Origin: an uncultured Nitrospinota bacterium
GTDB taxonomy: Bacteria > Tectomicrobia > Entotheonellia > J063 > CAVPRW01
Assembly: GCA_963707985.1 (NCBI GenBank)
Contig: CAVPRW010000048.1
Span: 1-64,000 of the forward strand
Length of the DNA: 64,000 nt
Direction of reading: 5' to 3'
The notes under the pieces were generated by a model. That model was given only the letters and a program-made list of their open reading frames with translations, searched no databases and had not been told where the DNA came from. This document shows, in pieces, positions 1 to 9,399 of this stretch. The stretch's first letter is position 1; the number at the start of each line of letters is the position of its first letter. The position numbers were made by a program, and so were the translations under genes.

Positions 1-7
1 GTTAGGT
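1..7 (+). other. Core site (R') GTTAGGT starting cassette 1; rest of the site is outside the window
   Basis: GTTAGGT is the exact complement of ACCTAAC at 1315-1321. Confidence 0.75.
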
Positions 8-104
8 GGTTCAAATCTGCGTGGCCGTGTAGAATGATCAACGAGAGAAAGCGAAGACAGAGAAGCACCTTGGAGAAGCAACGTCTTACAGGTACATTCA
101 CTCC

Positions 105-350
105 ATGACCGAAAGTGCCCGTCCCATGGGCAAGCTGACACCGCACATGCTTGCCCAATCGCGTGTCATTGCGAAAGGCAATCGCATCCGGGACGTCCAG
201 CGTTTGGTGGAGACCTACGGTGGGAGGCGCGCGACATGGGTCAAGAAGAGCAGTCCGCGCTTTGAGCTGGGTCGGCATTACTACGAGTACCACTGGTATG
301 AACATCCTGGCATCGGACGAGTGGAACTGAAGCGGAAACGGGTGTATTAA
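105..350 (+). CDS. Small basic protein resembling a polymorphic-toxin C-terminal domain (putative toxin)
   Basis: IRDVQRLVETYGG...W.KKS...EYHWYEHPGIG pattern; only 2 nt separate it from the next ORF. Confidence 0.6.
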   Translation: MTESARPMGKLTPHMLAQSRVIAKGNRIRDVQRLVETYGGRRATWVKKSSPRFELGRHYYEYHWYEHPGIGRVELKRKRVY

Positions 351-352
351 CT

Positions 353-1168
353 ATGATCGTCAAGTTACGGCGGAAAAACGCACGCTATCCCGATCTCACA
401 CCTGGGCAGGAGTATGCCGTGCTTGGGGTGGAAGCCGATGACTTCCGGCTGTTAAATGATCGCGGGCAACCCTACTTGTATCCTCATCAACTCTTCGACG
501 TTGTTGATCCTCTCGAGCCTGAGGATTGGGTCATAGAAGTCGGTGAGGACGGCGAACGCTATGCCTATCCCCCCCCGCTCAATGCCTGCGGATTCTTTGA
601 GGATTTCTTCGACGCAAAACGAAAGGCGGTGGTTACCTTTTGGCAGGTGGCGAATCAACGCCTGGGAACGGCGAAGGGGCCCCCATCCATGACACCAAGT
701 GATTACGAGCGACTCGTTCTTGCTTTGATAGCGGAGCTGACCCACGCCTCCGAGGTGCTTAGTAGCCCTCTGATTGACGGTGGGCGCCAAAACAAGGTTG
801 CGGGCGCGTCTGGTTTTCCTCACCAAATCGACGTGTCCGTCAAGACTGACCGGACATTCTTTCTCTTTGAGTGCAAGTACTGGAGGGAGCCGGTCGATGT
901 TGAGCCGGTTCTGGTTATCGCTTCGCGTTTGGCTGATATCCGTGTCGCTAACCCCGAGCTAGAAATAGAAGCCGGAATTGTCTCAACAAAACCAGCAACT
1001 TCTGGAGCCCAGGTTGTGGCGCGCCATTTTGGTATTCAACTCGATGTGGTATCCACTCCAAGAGAATACGCCTTGCGGATTCGTGAACGGTTTTTTCTCG
1101 GCCGATCCGATTCGCTGGCTATAAGCCTTGTCGAGCACGCGACGGTGGTCAAACGTGATATTTCCTAA
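353..1168 (+). CDS. Fusion of an acidic immunity-like N-terminal domain and an Mrr-like restriction endonuclease domain
   Basis: N-terminal LTPGQEYAVLGVEADDFRLLND..PYLYP. The C-terminal half has its own Met (MTPSDYERLV) and a PD-(D/E)XK motif QIDV...ECKYW. Confidence 0.7.
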   Translation: MIVKLRRKNARYPDLTPGQEYAVLGVEADDFRLLNDRGQPYLYPHQLFDVVDPLEPEDWVIEVGEDGERYAYPPPLNACGFFEDFFDAKRKAVVTFWQVANQRLGTAKGPPSMTPSDYERLVLALIAELTHASEVLSSPLIDGGRQNKVAGASGFPHQIDVSVKTDRTFFLFECKYWREPVDVEPVLVIASRLADIRVANPELEIEAGIVSTKPATSGAQVVARHFGIQLDVVSTPREYALRIRERFFLGRSDSLAISLVEHATVVKRDIS

Positions 1169-1314
1169 GCTCGCGTTCGCAAAGCTATCCACAAACGCTA
1201 CACCATACGACCTCAACTGGAGGTGCTGAAGCAAAGGGCTTGCCCACGTTGAAGCGGTGTGCGTCTGGGCTAGGAGGCCGCTTTCTTGGGTCCCTTGGCT
1301 GGCGGAGCTTTCCC

Positions 1315-1387
1315 ACCTAACAAACCAGTGGAGCGGACTGGAAAAAAGCTAGCGCTTTTTCCCAGCCGCTCACCGCGGGCGTTCGGC
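1315..1387 (+). other. attC site
   Basis: ACCTAAC...GTTCGGC with an internal inverted repeat gagcgg-ctggaaaaaagc / gctttttcccagccgctc. Confidence 0.9.
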
Positions 1388-1460
1388 CACTTGACGAAAC
1401 ATGTGCCGACTCAGCGCATCTTATTTGTAGGGTCGGTAGCCACGTAAGAGGTGATGTCGT

Positions 1461-1697
1461 ATGAGAGAATTACTGCAGCGAGCCATCACAGCCATCGAGC
1501 AATTACCGGCCGACGCCCAGGATGCCATCGCCACGCGCTTGCTGGCTGAGGCGGCCGATGAACAGGTGTGGACCGCGCAGTTTGCGGCCACCACCGACGC
1601 GCAGTGGGACCGCATGGCTGAGTCGGTGAGGCGAGCCGTCGCTGGGGGAGACAGTACGCCACTTGATGATGTTTTTCCGCCCAGCGAGCCCTCATGA
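1461..1697 (+). CDS. Putative antitoxin
   Basis: 78-aa acidic protein overlapping the toxin gene by ATGA. Confidence 0.75.
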   Translation: MRELLQRAITAIEQLPADAQDAIATRLLAEAADEQVWTAQFAATTDAQWDRMAESVRRAVAGGDSTPLDDVFPPSEPS

Positions 1698-1963
1698 CGT
1701 CGAGTGTCACCAGGGAGTTCCGGCAACAACTCGCTCGGCTTCCCATGACGGTGCAAGAGCAGGCCTCCCGGGCGTATGCACTCTGGCGCTTGGACCCCTA
1801 CCATACCAGTCTCCAGTTCAAGCGGGTCAGCCAGCGACAGCCGATCTATTCCGTCCGTGTCGGACTGGGCTACCGCGCACTAGGGTTGCGCGAGGAAGAT
1901 CATATCTATTGGTTCTGGATTGGTCCCCACGCCGGCTATGACGAGCTGCTCAGGCGCCTGTAG
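1694..1963 (+). CDS. RelE/ParE-superfamily toxin
   Basis: DPYHTSLQFKRV...YSVRVGLGYRALG...WFWIGPHAGYD pattern. Confidence 0.85.
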   Translation: MTSSVTREFRQQLARLPMTVQEQASRAYALWRLDPYHTSLQFKRVSQRQPIYSVRVGLGYRALGLREEDHIYWFWIGPHAGYDELLRRL

Positions 1964-1971
1964 CGGTGGTG

Positions 1972-2055
1972 GCCGAACCAGGCTGCTTCACCTGCCGCGG
2001 CGGCCGTCAAGCCTGCGGCTTGCCGTCCCCCGCGCAGGTGAGCGCCGCAGTAGGC
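1972..2055 (+). other. attC site (degenerate core AGTAGGC)
   Basis: Starts with GCCGAAC; near-identical to the attC at 4907-4990. Confidence 0.85.
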
Positions 2056-2105
2056 GCCAGAGGCGCAAGGAAAAAGTCCACAGCATCTTCTCTGAGGAGG
2101 TAGCT

Positions 2106-2957
2106 ATGGCAGTAGACCAGTACTCCCAGTTGGTCAACGCGCAGTATGGTCGTCACAACCTGGGCGCGTCCATCGTGACTGCGTTACGGGCCATTGGCAA
2201 GGACCCTGGGAACGTCACCCTGGGAGACCTGGCACCTCTGGACCACTTTCACGGTGGTGGCTATCCGGCGACGCTGGAGCTGGCCCGCCGGGCGAACCTC
2301 CAGCCGGGACAGCGGGTGCTGGATGTGGGCGGCGGCCTCGGCGGTCCCGCCCGCACCATGGCTGCGGAGTTCGGCTGTACAGTGACGGTATTGGACCTCA
2401 CGGAGGAGTTCTGCCGCACGGGCGAGTTACTCACCGCCTGGACCAAACTGCGTCACCGGGTGACCTTTCAGCAGGGAAATGCCCTGGCCCTCCCCTTTCC
2501 TGACCACAGCTTCGACGTGGTATGGGCCCAGAACAGCCTCATGAATATTGCCGACAAGGAGGGGCTCTATGCCGGCATCTCCCGGGTGCTCCGCACGGGG
2601 GGGCGCTTTGCGTTCCAGGAGGTCATGGCGGGCCCGGTTCAACCGCTCCACTTTCCGGTGCCCTGGGCGGACAGCCCGGCGATTAGTTTTTTGCGTCCGC
2701 CTGCCGAGGTGCGGGCGCTCTTGCTGCGGCTGGGCTTCGTGGAGGTCGCCTGGGCCGATACCACGCCCGCGGCCTTGGAAGCCCAACCGCAGCGGTCGGC
2801 CGCCACGAGCATGCCTGGCACAGCGGCGCAGACCCTGCCTTACTTGTCGTTCATCCTTCGGCCGCGTGAAGAAGCCGAGTATGTGGCGCACAACGTTGCC
2901 AGGAACTTGGAGGAAGGTCGTGTCGCCTATATTCAGGGCGTCTTCGACAGGCTTTAA
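2106..2957 (+). CDS. Class I SAM-dependent methyltransferase
   Basis: VLDVGGGLGG motif I; GGAGG RBS before ATG 2106. Confidence 0.9.
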   Translation: MAVDQYSQLVNAQYGRHNLGASIVTALRAIGKDPGNVTLGDLAPLDHFHGGGYPATLELARRANLQPGQRVLDVGGGLGGPARTMAAEFGCTVTVLDLTEEFCRTGELLTAWTKLRHRVTFQQGNALALPFPDHSFDVVWAQNSLMNIADKEGLYAGISRVLRTGGRFAFQEVMAGPVQPLHFPVPWADSPAISFLRPPAEVRALLLRLGFVEVAWADTTPAALEAQPQRSAATSMPGTAAQTLPYLSFILRPREEAEYVAHNVARNLEEGRVAYIQGVFDRL

Positions 2958-3065
2958 CTGCCCCGTAGCGGGGGAACAAGGGCGCAGGTCGTGCAATGCT
3001 GCCTCCCTGGCTAACCACCCAGTCGTGGGGCGGGTGGGCAAAAGCAGCACGATCTCCCGGGCCGC

Positions 3066-3162
3066 GCCTAACCACCCAAGGGACCGGACGGCCCACAGCG
3101 CAGGCTCGGTTGTGCTGCGTGGCTCCCTCTCTGTGGGCCGCCGCTCACCGGGAGCGTTCGGC
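3066..3162 (+). other. attC site
   Basis: GCCTAAC...GTTCGGC, stem cggcccacag / ctgtgggccg. Confidence 0.88.
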
Positions 3163-3236
3163 TGTGAACTCTGCAGGGGTTCGATGTGTCCTTCTCTTGC
3201 GATCGTGCCGCAGCAACCTCAGGAACGAGGCGTCGA

Positions 3237-4901
3237 ATGCGTAAAGAAGATCCCCTTAAGGGTAAAATCCGAGCGGTGGAGGCCCAAATCCTTGACAAGC
3301 ATCATGAAGGGCATCCACTGCTTCGGCGCGGTGAACTCGAAGCGGTTTCTCACCGTCTAAAGGTCTACGGCAATCTGGTTCGAGACTTTTTTTCACCGGA
3401 GTTGCGTGAGATAGCTACGGATAGCTGGCTCACCGAACTGGAACTGTGGACGAGAGCTTTAGAACAGGGCTTACGCTGGACATTGGAGCATTGTCAGCCT
3501 CGAAAGGAGTCCAGCGGGGATTCGTGGAGCCAGATCGACGATGAGGCGCTCTCGTTGCTTGCATGGGCTCGATCCTATGTCAAGCTGGGCAACGACCACA
3601 CTACTGCGTCCCGCGGGCACTATATAGCTTTGTGCGATGAGGTCCTCCGCGAAATCCAGTTCCGGTTCAAGAGCAACAATGATTTGACGATGCTCACGTG
3701 CCAATTAGCCTCTTGGCCTGTGCATACGAATGCTATGCTGAAAGGCATGCCCGAGCCCGAGCGACACCGGCTTTTTGACAGCTGGCTGGCCAAGGTCGAT
3801 CTTTCCCGGCTCAACAATCCTGAGAGCCTCCCCCATTTTGAGCATGACTCTATAGGTGCTGATTTCCAGGGAGTCATGGAGTGGGGAAGAAGATCGATTC
3901 TACCCGAACTAGGTGATCACCAAGACCTCGCCGGCTTTTCTCTTGGGCAATTGAGGACTTTCTGGGCTCATTTGTTTGTCGAGTGTCAGCTGGTTACACG
4001 GCTGGAACACCATGTTGACAATGTCATCGGTCCAGATAACGATCTCGGGTCAGTCATGTATCAGGCGAGCGAATTGGAGCTTGCGGCGTATTTCGCTCAA
4101 AAGTACGGGTTGGAGAATCATGTGGTCTTGTCGATTATCGACTGCCTTACCTTCGACCCGAAGTCTCCCAAATCGACCTCAACGAACAGTCCCTTTGTCA
4201 AAACATGTTGCGGGACAGTGAGCCTATTGTGTCAGCGTGTTGTCGCGCTTGATCCGAACATCATGGTAGCCTCAGCGCTTGCGAAACGTTCCCGTAAGCG
4301 CGTTTATGAGGCTTTGGTCAATGAGATTGAACAACACAATGTAGTCGCAATCGCGGCGGCTTTCCGGCATGCGGGATTTGTCGTTCTGGCTCAGGAAAGC
4401 TTGGCAAGCGGGCAAGGAGACAGTATTTGCCCTGATATTATCATCTACGAGCCCGCGACCCAGCAGGTCCTAATTTCGGAATACAAACACGCGCTTCCGC
4501 CTATTGGTGCGGGCGAAGTCGATAACCGACTCCGAGACCTTGACGAGTGGACCGACCAGGTTCGGCGGTATCTGCGCTTTGCCGCAGAAAACCGTGAGGC
4601 GATCATGGCGAAGTTGGGGGGTGGGCAGATCTCTCGTGTTGATGGCATGCTGCTATTCCGCTGGCCACTTGCGATTCCAGGGGTGCTACAGGAAGACATC
4701 ACGTACAGTGACTGGGCCTCGTTATCTGTGGCGGTCAGAAAAGTTGAAGGGCTTGCGATTAAGGACATCCTTCGCTTCTACCGCTTCCCCCGTGACGCTG
4801 AACAAACCATGCGAAAATGGGAAATGGGTGAGGAGCGTATTACGGTTGGAGAATGGACCTATAGACGGCCGTTAGTTGTCTCCCCACGGAGTCGAGCATG
4901 A
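3237..4901 (+). CDS. Large hypothetical protein with a C-terminal PD-(D/E)XK (NERD-like) nuclease domain
   Basis: Long ORF filling the cassette; CPDIIIYEP...LISEYKH motif followed by a QVRRY helix. Confidence 0.7.
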   Translation: MRKEDPLKGKIRAVEAQILDKHHEGHPLLRRGELEAVSHRLKVYGNLVRDFFSPELREIATDSWLTELELWTRALEQGLRWTLEHCQPRKESSGDSWSQIDDEALSLLAWARSYVKLGNDHTTASRGHYIALCDEVLREIQFRFKSNNDLTMLTCQLASWPVHTNAMLKGMPEPERHRLFDSWLAKVDLSRLNNPESLPHFEHDSIGADFQGVMEWGRRSILPELGDHQDLAGFSLGQLRTFWAHLFVECQLVTRLEHHVDNVIGPDNDLGSVMYQASELELAAYFAQKYGLENHVVLSIIDCLTFDPKSPKSTSTNSPFVKTCCGTVSLLCQRVVALDPNIMVASALAKRSRKRVYEALVNEIEQHNVVAIAAAFRHAGFVVLAQESLASGQGDSICPDIIIYEPATQQVLISEYKHALPPIGAGEVDNRLRDLDEWTDQVRRYLRFAAENREAIMAKLGGGQISRVDGMLLFRWPLAIPGVLQEDITYSDWASLSVAVRKVEGLAIKDILRFYRFPRDAEQTMRKWEMGEERITVGEWTYRRPLVVSPRSRA

Positions 4902-4906
4902 GACCG

Positions 4907-4990
4907 GCCGAACCAGGCTGCTTCACCTGCCGCGGCGGCCGTCAAGCCTGCGGCTCGCTGTCCCCCGCGCAGGTGAGCGCCGCGTTAGGT
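4907..4990 (+). other. attC site
   Basis: GCCGAAC...GTTAGGT, stem cacctgc / gcaggtg. Confidence 0.92.
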
Positions 4991-5133
4991 GCCAGGGTAG
5001 TGGGGAAGACCTTGCAGGGACGCCGTTATGGTTGAGAGGCAGCCCCGCACGCCTCGCAGATTCGTTAAAGTATCCGGCGGAGGGCACGTGGCTGCGCTGC
5101 CCCACCAGCCCTACTCAAGCAGGAGGGAGATCT

Positions 5134-6798
5134 ATGCACACACCGGAGACACGTCCCCCACATAGCCACCGGGTGACCCGTCGAGCACTGCTTCAAGCGG
5201 GCTTCGCCGCTGGCGTTGCGCTGTCAACTTGGCCGGTGCATCCTTCCCCCGCCCCCGGAGCTGAGGAAGCGGGGCCACCGAAGCGCGGCGGTATCCTCCG
5301 TGTCCGCGGCCAGGACCCGCCGCACTTTGACCCGCATTTGAGCGGCAACTTCAAGACCCATACGACGCTGAGCTTTGTCTACAGCAAGCTGGTGCGGTAT
5401 CGAGTCGGGGGAGGGGTTCCGCCTGGCACCTTGATCATTGATCCTGATGTGGCCGAACACTGGGAAGCTCTGGACGACACGACCGTTGTCTTCCATCTCC
5501 GCCACGGGGTGCAATGGCAGAACAAGCCGCCCCTCAACGGGCGTGAGCTGGTGGCGGAGGATGTGAAATTCAGCTTCGATCGCTTCCTGACGGAACAGGG
5601 GAATAGAAACCGCTATCTGCTCGACTCTGTGGACCGGGTTGAGGTCGTCGATCGCTATACCGTGCGTTTCCTCCTGAAAGAACCGTTCGTCTGGCTCCTC
5701 AACCTCCTCGCCCATGACCAGGGCATGTGGATCATTGCCCCGGAAGTCGTCGAGCACTACGGCGACCTGAAGAAAGCCGAGAGCGCCATCGGCACCGGTC
5801 CCTTCCTCCTGGAGCGCTACGAACCGAACGTGAAGACCGTCTTCAGACGCCACCCGGACTACTTCGTCAAGGACCTGCCCTGGGTGGACGGGGTGGAATG
5901 GCTGGTCCTCGACGACCCGTCGACGCGGTTGGCCATGTACCGCACGGGGCAGCTCGACTGCGGCCCAGAGGGCTGGTGGGCCGTCCGCCAGCACGACCTG
6001 GCATCCCTGAAGAAAAGTCACCCCCAGTGGATCTACCAAGATTTCCTGTCCCTCCTCGCCCGAATGCTCACCATGCGTACCGATCAGCCTCCGTTCACTG
6101 ACGTGCGGGTCCGCCGCGCCCTCTCCCACGCCATCGATCGGCAGGCCATCATCGAGGCGGTTGAGCTCAGGGGCGAACCGACCGCCGCCGTCCCCCGCGG
6201 CTTGGTCGAGTGGTCCTTGCCCGTGGATCAGCTCGGCGAGGGGGCGACATACTACCGGTACGACCCCCAGGAGGCACGGCGTCTGCTCGCGGAGGCCGGT
6301 GTTTCCCAGGGCTGGAAAACGCAGCTCACGGTGACGACTGGCTCTGGCCCCGACCTCATCGATGCCGCGCAGTTGGTGCAGCGCTACCTTAAAGACGTCG
6401 GGATTGACGCGGAGTTGAAGCTCCAGGAGTTTGGCGCGTATATCGCGACGACCAGCGTCGGGAAGTACGAGGGTCTGGCGATGGGGACGTTTCCCCCTGG
6501 CTGGGAGCCGGATAGCATGCTGTACGGACCGTACGTCCCCGACCAATCGGGCAACCGCGGCCACGTCAACGACCCCACGCTCACGGCGATGATCATGGAG
6601 CAACGGCGGACGACGGACCTGGCGGCGCGCAAGCAACGCATCTTCGACATTCAGCGCTATGCGGCGGCACAGCAGTACTATGTGTATCTGTACTGCGGGA
6701 TGCTCACCGGCTCCTGTCAGTCGTCTGTGAAGAACTATGCCCCCAATCTCCTCCTGGACCACGGCAATGCCGCCGCCGCGCTGTGGCTGGACCGCTAG
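5134..6798 (+). CDS. ABC transporter substrate-binding protein, family 5 (peptide/nickel), with Tat signal
   Basis: TRRALLQ twin-arginine leader; PKRGGIL, GTGPF and DVRVRRALSHAIDR motifs; AGGAGG RBS. Confidence 0.92.
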   Translation: MHTPETRPPHSHRVTRRALLQAGFAAGVALSTWPVHPSPAPGAEEAGPPKRGGILRVRGQDPPHFDPHLSGNFKTHTTLSFVYSKLVRYRVGGGVPPGTLIIDPDVAEHWEALDDTTVVFHLRHGVQWQNKPPLNGRELVAEDVKFSFDRFLTEQGNRNRYLLDSVDRVEVVDRYTVRFLLKEPFVWLLNLLAHDQGMWIIAPEVVEHYGDLKKAESAIGTGPFLLERYEPNVKTVFRRHPDYFVKDLPWVDGVEWLVLDDPSTRLAMYRTGQLDCGPEGWWAVRQHDLASLKKSHPQWIYQDFLSLLARMLTMRTDQPPFTDVRVRRALSHAIDRQAIIEAVELRGEPTAAVPRGLVEWSLPVDQLGEGATYYRYDPQEARRLLAEAGVSQGWKTQLTVTTGSGPDLIDAAQLVQRYLKDVGIDAELKLQEFGAYIATTSVGKYEGLAMGTFPPGWEPDSMLYGPYVPDQSGNRGHVNDPTLTAMIMEQRRTTDLAARKQRIFDIQRYAAAQQYYVYLYCGMLTGSCQSSVKNYAPNLLLDHGNAAAALWLDR

Positions 6799-6932
6799 GG
6801 GCAGGGCGGACCGAGGCATACACTGTCACCCACGCCGGCGCGTGGCCTGTGATGGGGGTACCCCTTTCGTGTAAGGATGGGGACCGAAGGGCGGGAGGCT
6901 GGCCCGGAGGCGGGGCGTCATCCACGAGCGGC

Positions 6933-6992
6933 CCCTAACCAGGGCCTGGAGCCGACGCGGTAAACCGCGCGGCTCATGCCTGGCCGTTAGGC
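6933..6992 (+). other. attC site (60 bp)
   Basis: CCCTAAC...GTTAGGC; near-identical to 18835-18893. Confidence 0.92.
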
Positions 6993-7071
6993 CACTTTCT
7001 TACCAAGTTTACACACGTGTGGTGGTGGCCATGAGACCTTATGCCCCGCCCCTCGGGAAAAGGAAAGAGCA

Positions 7072-7878
7072 ATGCCGATACAGCAACAGGCCGGATTTGC
7101 AGAGGTGAATGGCACACGGCTCTATTATGAAATCGCTGGATCAGGACACCCCTTGGTGCTCATCCATGGGTCCACACTTGATACCCGTATGTGGGATGAT
7201 CAGTTCGAACCTTTTGCCCAGCATTACACGGTGGTCCGCTATGACGTGCGTGGCTTTGGCAAGTCCGCTCTCCCAACGGGTGAGGCCTATGCGCGCCCCG
7301 ATGACCTGAAAAGCTTGCTGGATTATCTTGAGATTGCACATGCCTACATCCTTGGCCTGTCCATGGGTGGAGGCATTGCCATCGATTTTGCGCTCACCTA
7401 CCCGCAGGCCACCGACGCCCTGATTCTTGTAGATTCACGGCTCGGTGGCTGGCAATCGGATCCCGAGTATGCGGCGTTCCAGAACGCGGTCCGTGTGCAG
7501 GCTAAAGACGCGGGTGTCCAGGCAGCGCGGGACGTCTGGCTCTATGGCCCGTTCTTCACGCCGGCGCTGGCAAACCCCGCGGTGGCGCCCCGCTTGGTCC
7601 AGATCATTGCGGACTACTCAGGCTGGCATTGGGTCCATCCCAATCCTCTCCGTGAGCTGGCCCCACCAGCCACACAGCGGCTCGACACCATCAGGGTGCC
7701 AACGCTTATCATTATTGGCGAGCGAGATATCCCGGATTGTCATGCCATTGCGGAGCGCCTCCAGCAACGTATCCCCAATGCCCGCAGCGCGGTGATGTCG
7801 GGCGTTGGGCATATGGCCAATATGGAAGACCCGGAACGATTCAACACCATCGTCTTGGACTTTTTGGCGCAGCAGTAG
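7072..7878 (+). CDS. Alpha/beta-fold hydrolase
   Basis: LIHG, RGFGKS, GLSMGG nucleophile elbow, GH near the C-terminus. Confidence 0.92.
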   Translation: MPIQQQAGFAEVNGTRLYYEIAGSGHPLVLIHGSTLDTRMWDDQFEPFAQHYTVVRYDVRGFGKSALPTGEAYARPDDLKSLLDYLEIAHAYILGLSMGGGIAIDFALTYPQATDALILVDSRLGGWQSDPEYAAFQNAVRVQAKDAGVQAARDVWLYGPFFTPALANPAVAPRLVQIIADYSGWHWVHPNPLRELAPPATQRLDTIRVPTLIIIGERDIPDCHAIAERLQQRIPNARSAVMSGVGHMANMEDPERFNTIVLDFLAQQ

Positions 7879-7929
7879 CACGGGTGCTGCTCCGTACGGT
7901 GGGAGAGCCTCACCCTCTCCTGTGCCTTG

Positions 7930-8017
7930 GCCTAACACCGCACTGCACCTGACCGCCTACAGCCTACGCTCCTGCGTCGCTCCGGCTTCCGGCGGCAGGT
8001 GAGCGCCAGCGTTCGGC
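7930..8017 (+). other. attC site
   Basis: GCCTAAC...GTTCGGC, stem cacctg-ccgcc / ggcggcaggtg. Confidence 0.92.
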
Positions 8018-8075
8018 TATGTGCGCCACGCACAACTACAGGCGTGTGACCACTTGCACAACGTAAGGGGGGACC

Positions 8076-8906
8076 ATGATGGAATTCAAAGGCAAAGTGG
8101 CCGTTATCACGGGTGCCGCCAGCGGCATTGGCCGCGCCCTCGCTGAGCGGTGTGCGCACGAAGGTATGCAGGTCGTGTTGGCGGATGTAGATGTGGACGC
8201 CTTAACCGCCACCGAAGCGGCCCTGCAAGCCACAGGTGCCCCCGTATTGGCAGTGGTGACCGATGTGTCCAAGGCCCAGGACATCGAATCCTTAGCCCAG
8301 CGGACCCTGACGGCCTTTGGGGCTGTCCACCTCCTGTGTAACAATGCCGGGGTGTGGGGTGGGATCTCGGCCTGGGACAGCTCTCTGGCTGATTGGGCAT
8401 GGATCCTGGGGGTGAATCTGTGGGGCGTCATTCATGGGGTGCACACCTTTGTCCCCCTCATGCTTGCCCAAGAGACCGAAGGTCACATTGTCAACACCGC
8501 CTCAATGGCGGGGTTCATCACGGGGCGTGGGCCTGCGGTCTACCGCGTCAGCAAGCACGCGGTGGTGGCCCTGTCGGAAATCCTCTACCATCAACTGGCC
8601 CAGCGAACGGCAAAGGTGAAGGTCTCCGTCCTCTGCCCTGGAGGGGTCGACACACAGATCCTCAACGCCGTGCGCAATCGTCCAGCACACTTGCCGGCCG
8701 CAGAGCCACTGCGTCCCGAAGAAGAGGCCGTACGGGAAGCGACCCAGCACCGGGTGCAGACCGGGATATCCCCTGTCCACGTCGCCGAGAGTGTCTTTCG
8801 CGCCATTGCAGCAGAGCAATTTTATATCTTTACCGACCCGGGAGCAAAAGCATGGGTCCGTACACGTATGGAAGGTATCCTCCAGGAACGTAATCCGACC
8901 CCTTAA
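8076..8906 (+). CDS. Short-chain dehydrogenase/reductase (SDR)
   Basis: TGAASGIG, NNAG and YRVSK motifs. Confidence 0.93.
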   Translation: MMEFKGKVAVITGAASGIGRALAERCAHEGMQVVLADVDVDALTATEAALQATGAPVLAVVTDVSKAQDIESLAQRTLTAFGAVHLLCNNAGVWGGISAWDSSLADWAWILGVNLWGVIHGVHTFVPLMLAQETEGHIVNTASMAGFITGRGPAVYRVSKHAVVALSEILYHQLAQRTAKVKVSVLCPGGVDTQILNAVRNRPAHLPAAEPLRPEEEAVREATQHRVQTGISPVHVAESVFRAIAAEQFYIFTDPGAKAWVRTRMEGILQERNPTP

Positions 8907-9399
8907 GGGGCATAAACGGACGGGGGCGGCACATCCCCTGGCATTGTCTTTCAGGACCTCATGAGAGGGCTCCTGAAAGTCGTCTATGCGCCGCCCTTGG
9001 GGCCCACTCAGCGCCGAACGAATAGGATTCTTTGCGAAGGCTCGCCACGATGGGAGTGACAGCGGGGGGAAAACTGCTGGCGGCGAGCCCTTTGCAAAGA
9101 ATCTGTTGGACGAAACCGCAGGAACGCTATGGGGATTGCATCCGAGGGTCTGGGATGGGGGGCCGCAAAGGAGGAGAGGGGAAGGCGAAGCTGGGACGCC
9201 CGGTGGAGAGGGAACGGATGTGGGAAGGGCAGACAGGGATGTCCAGCCCCAACATGAGACGCGAAATTCTCCAAGCCAGGGGTGTGAAGCAGGGCGGTTG
9301 GCTGGGATACCCACGCGTGGACACACCGGTACCACGCCGCCAAGCGGGCAGCCAAGCAGACGAGGGGAGAGTAGAGCAGCAGAGCGGCCTCATGAGGAA

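Noticed and set aside
1920..5133. N-terminal extensions of ORFs 1920..2957 and 4876..6798 sharing RTRLLHLPRRPSSLRLAVPRAGERR
   Set aside because: This is a translation of the repeated attC; the real starts with RBS are at 2106 and 5134.
9013..9111. GCCGAAC...hairpin...GTTGGAC as a canonical attC
   Set aside because: The stem is offset (6 nt on the left versus 1 nt on the right from the R boxes) and there is no matching GTCCAAC at the module's other end. It fits an oriIS-type end better.
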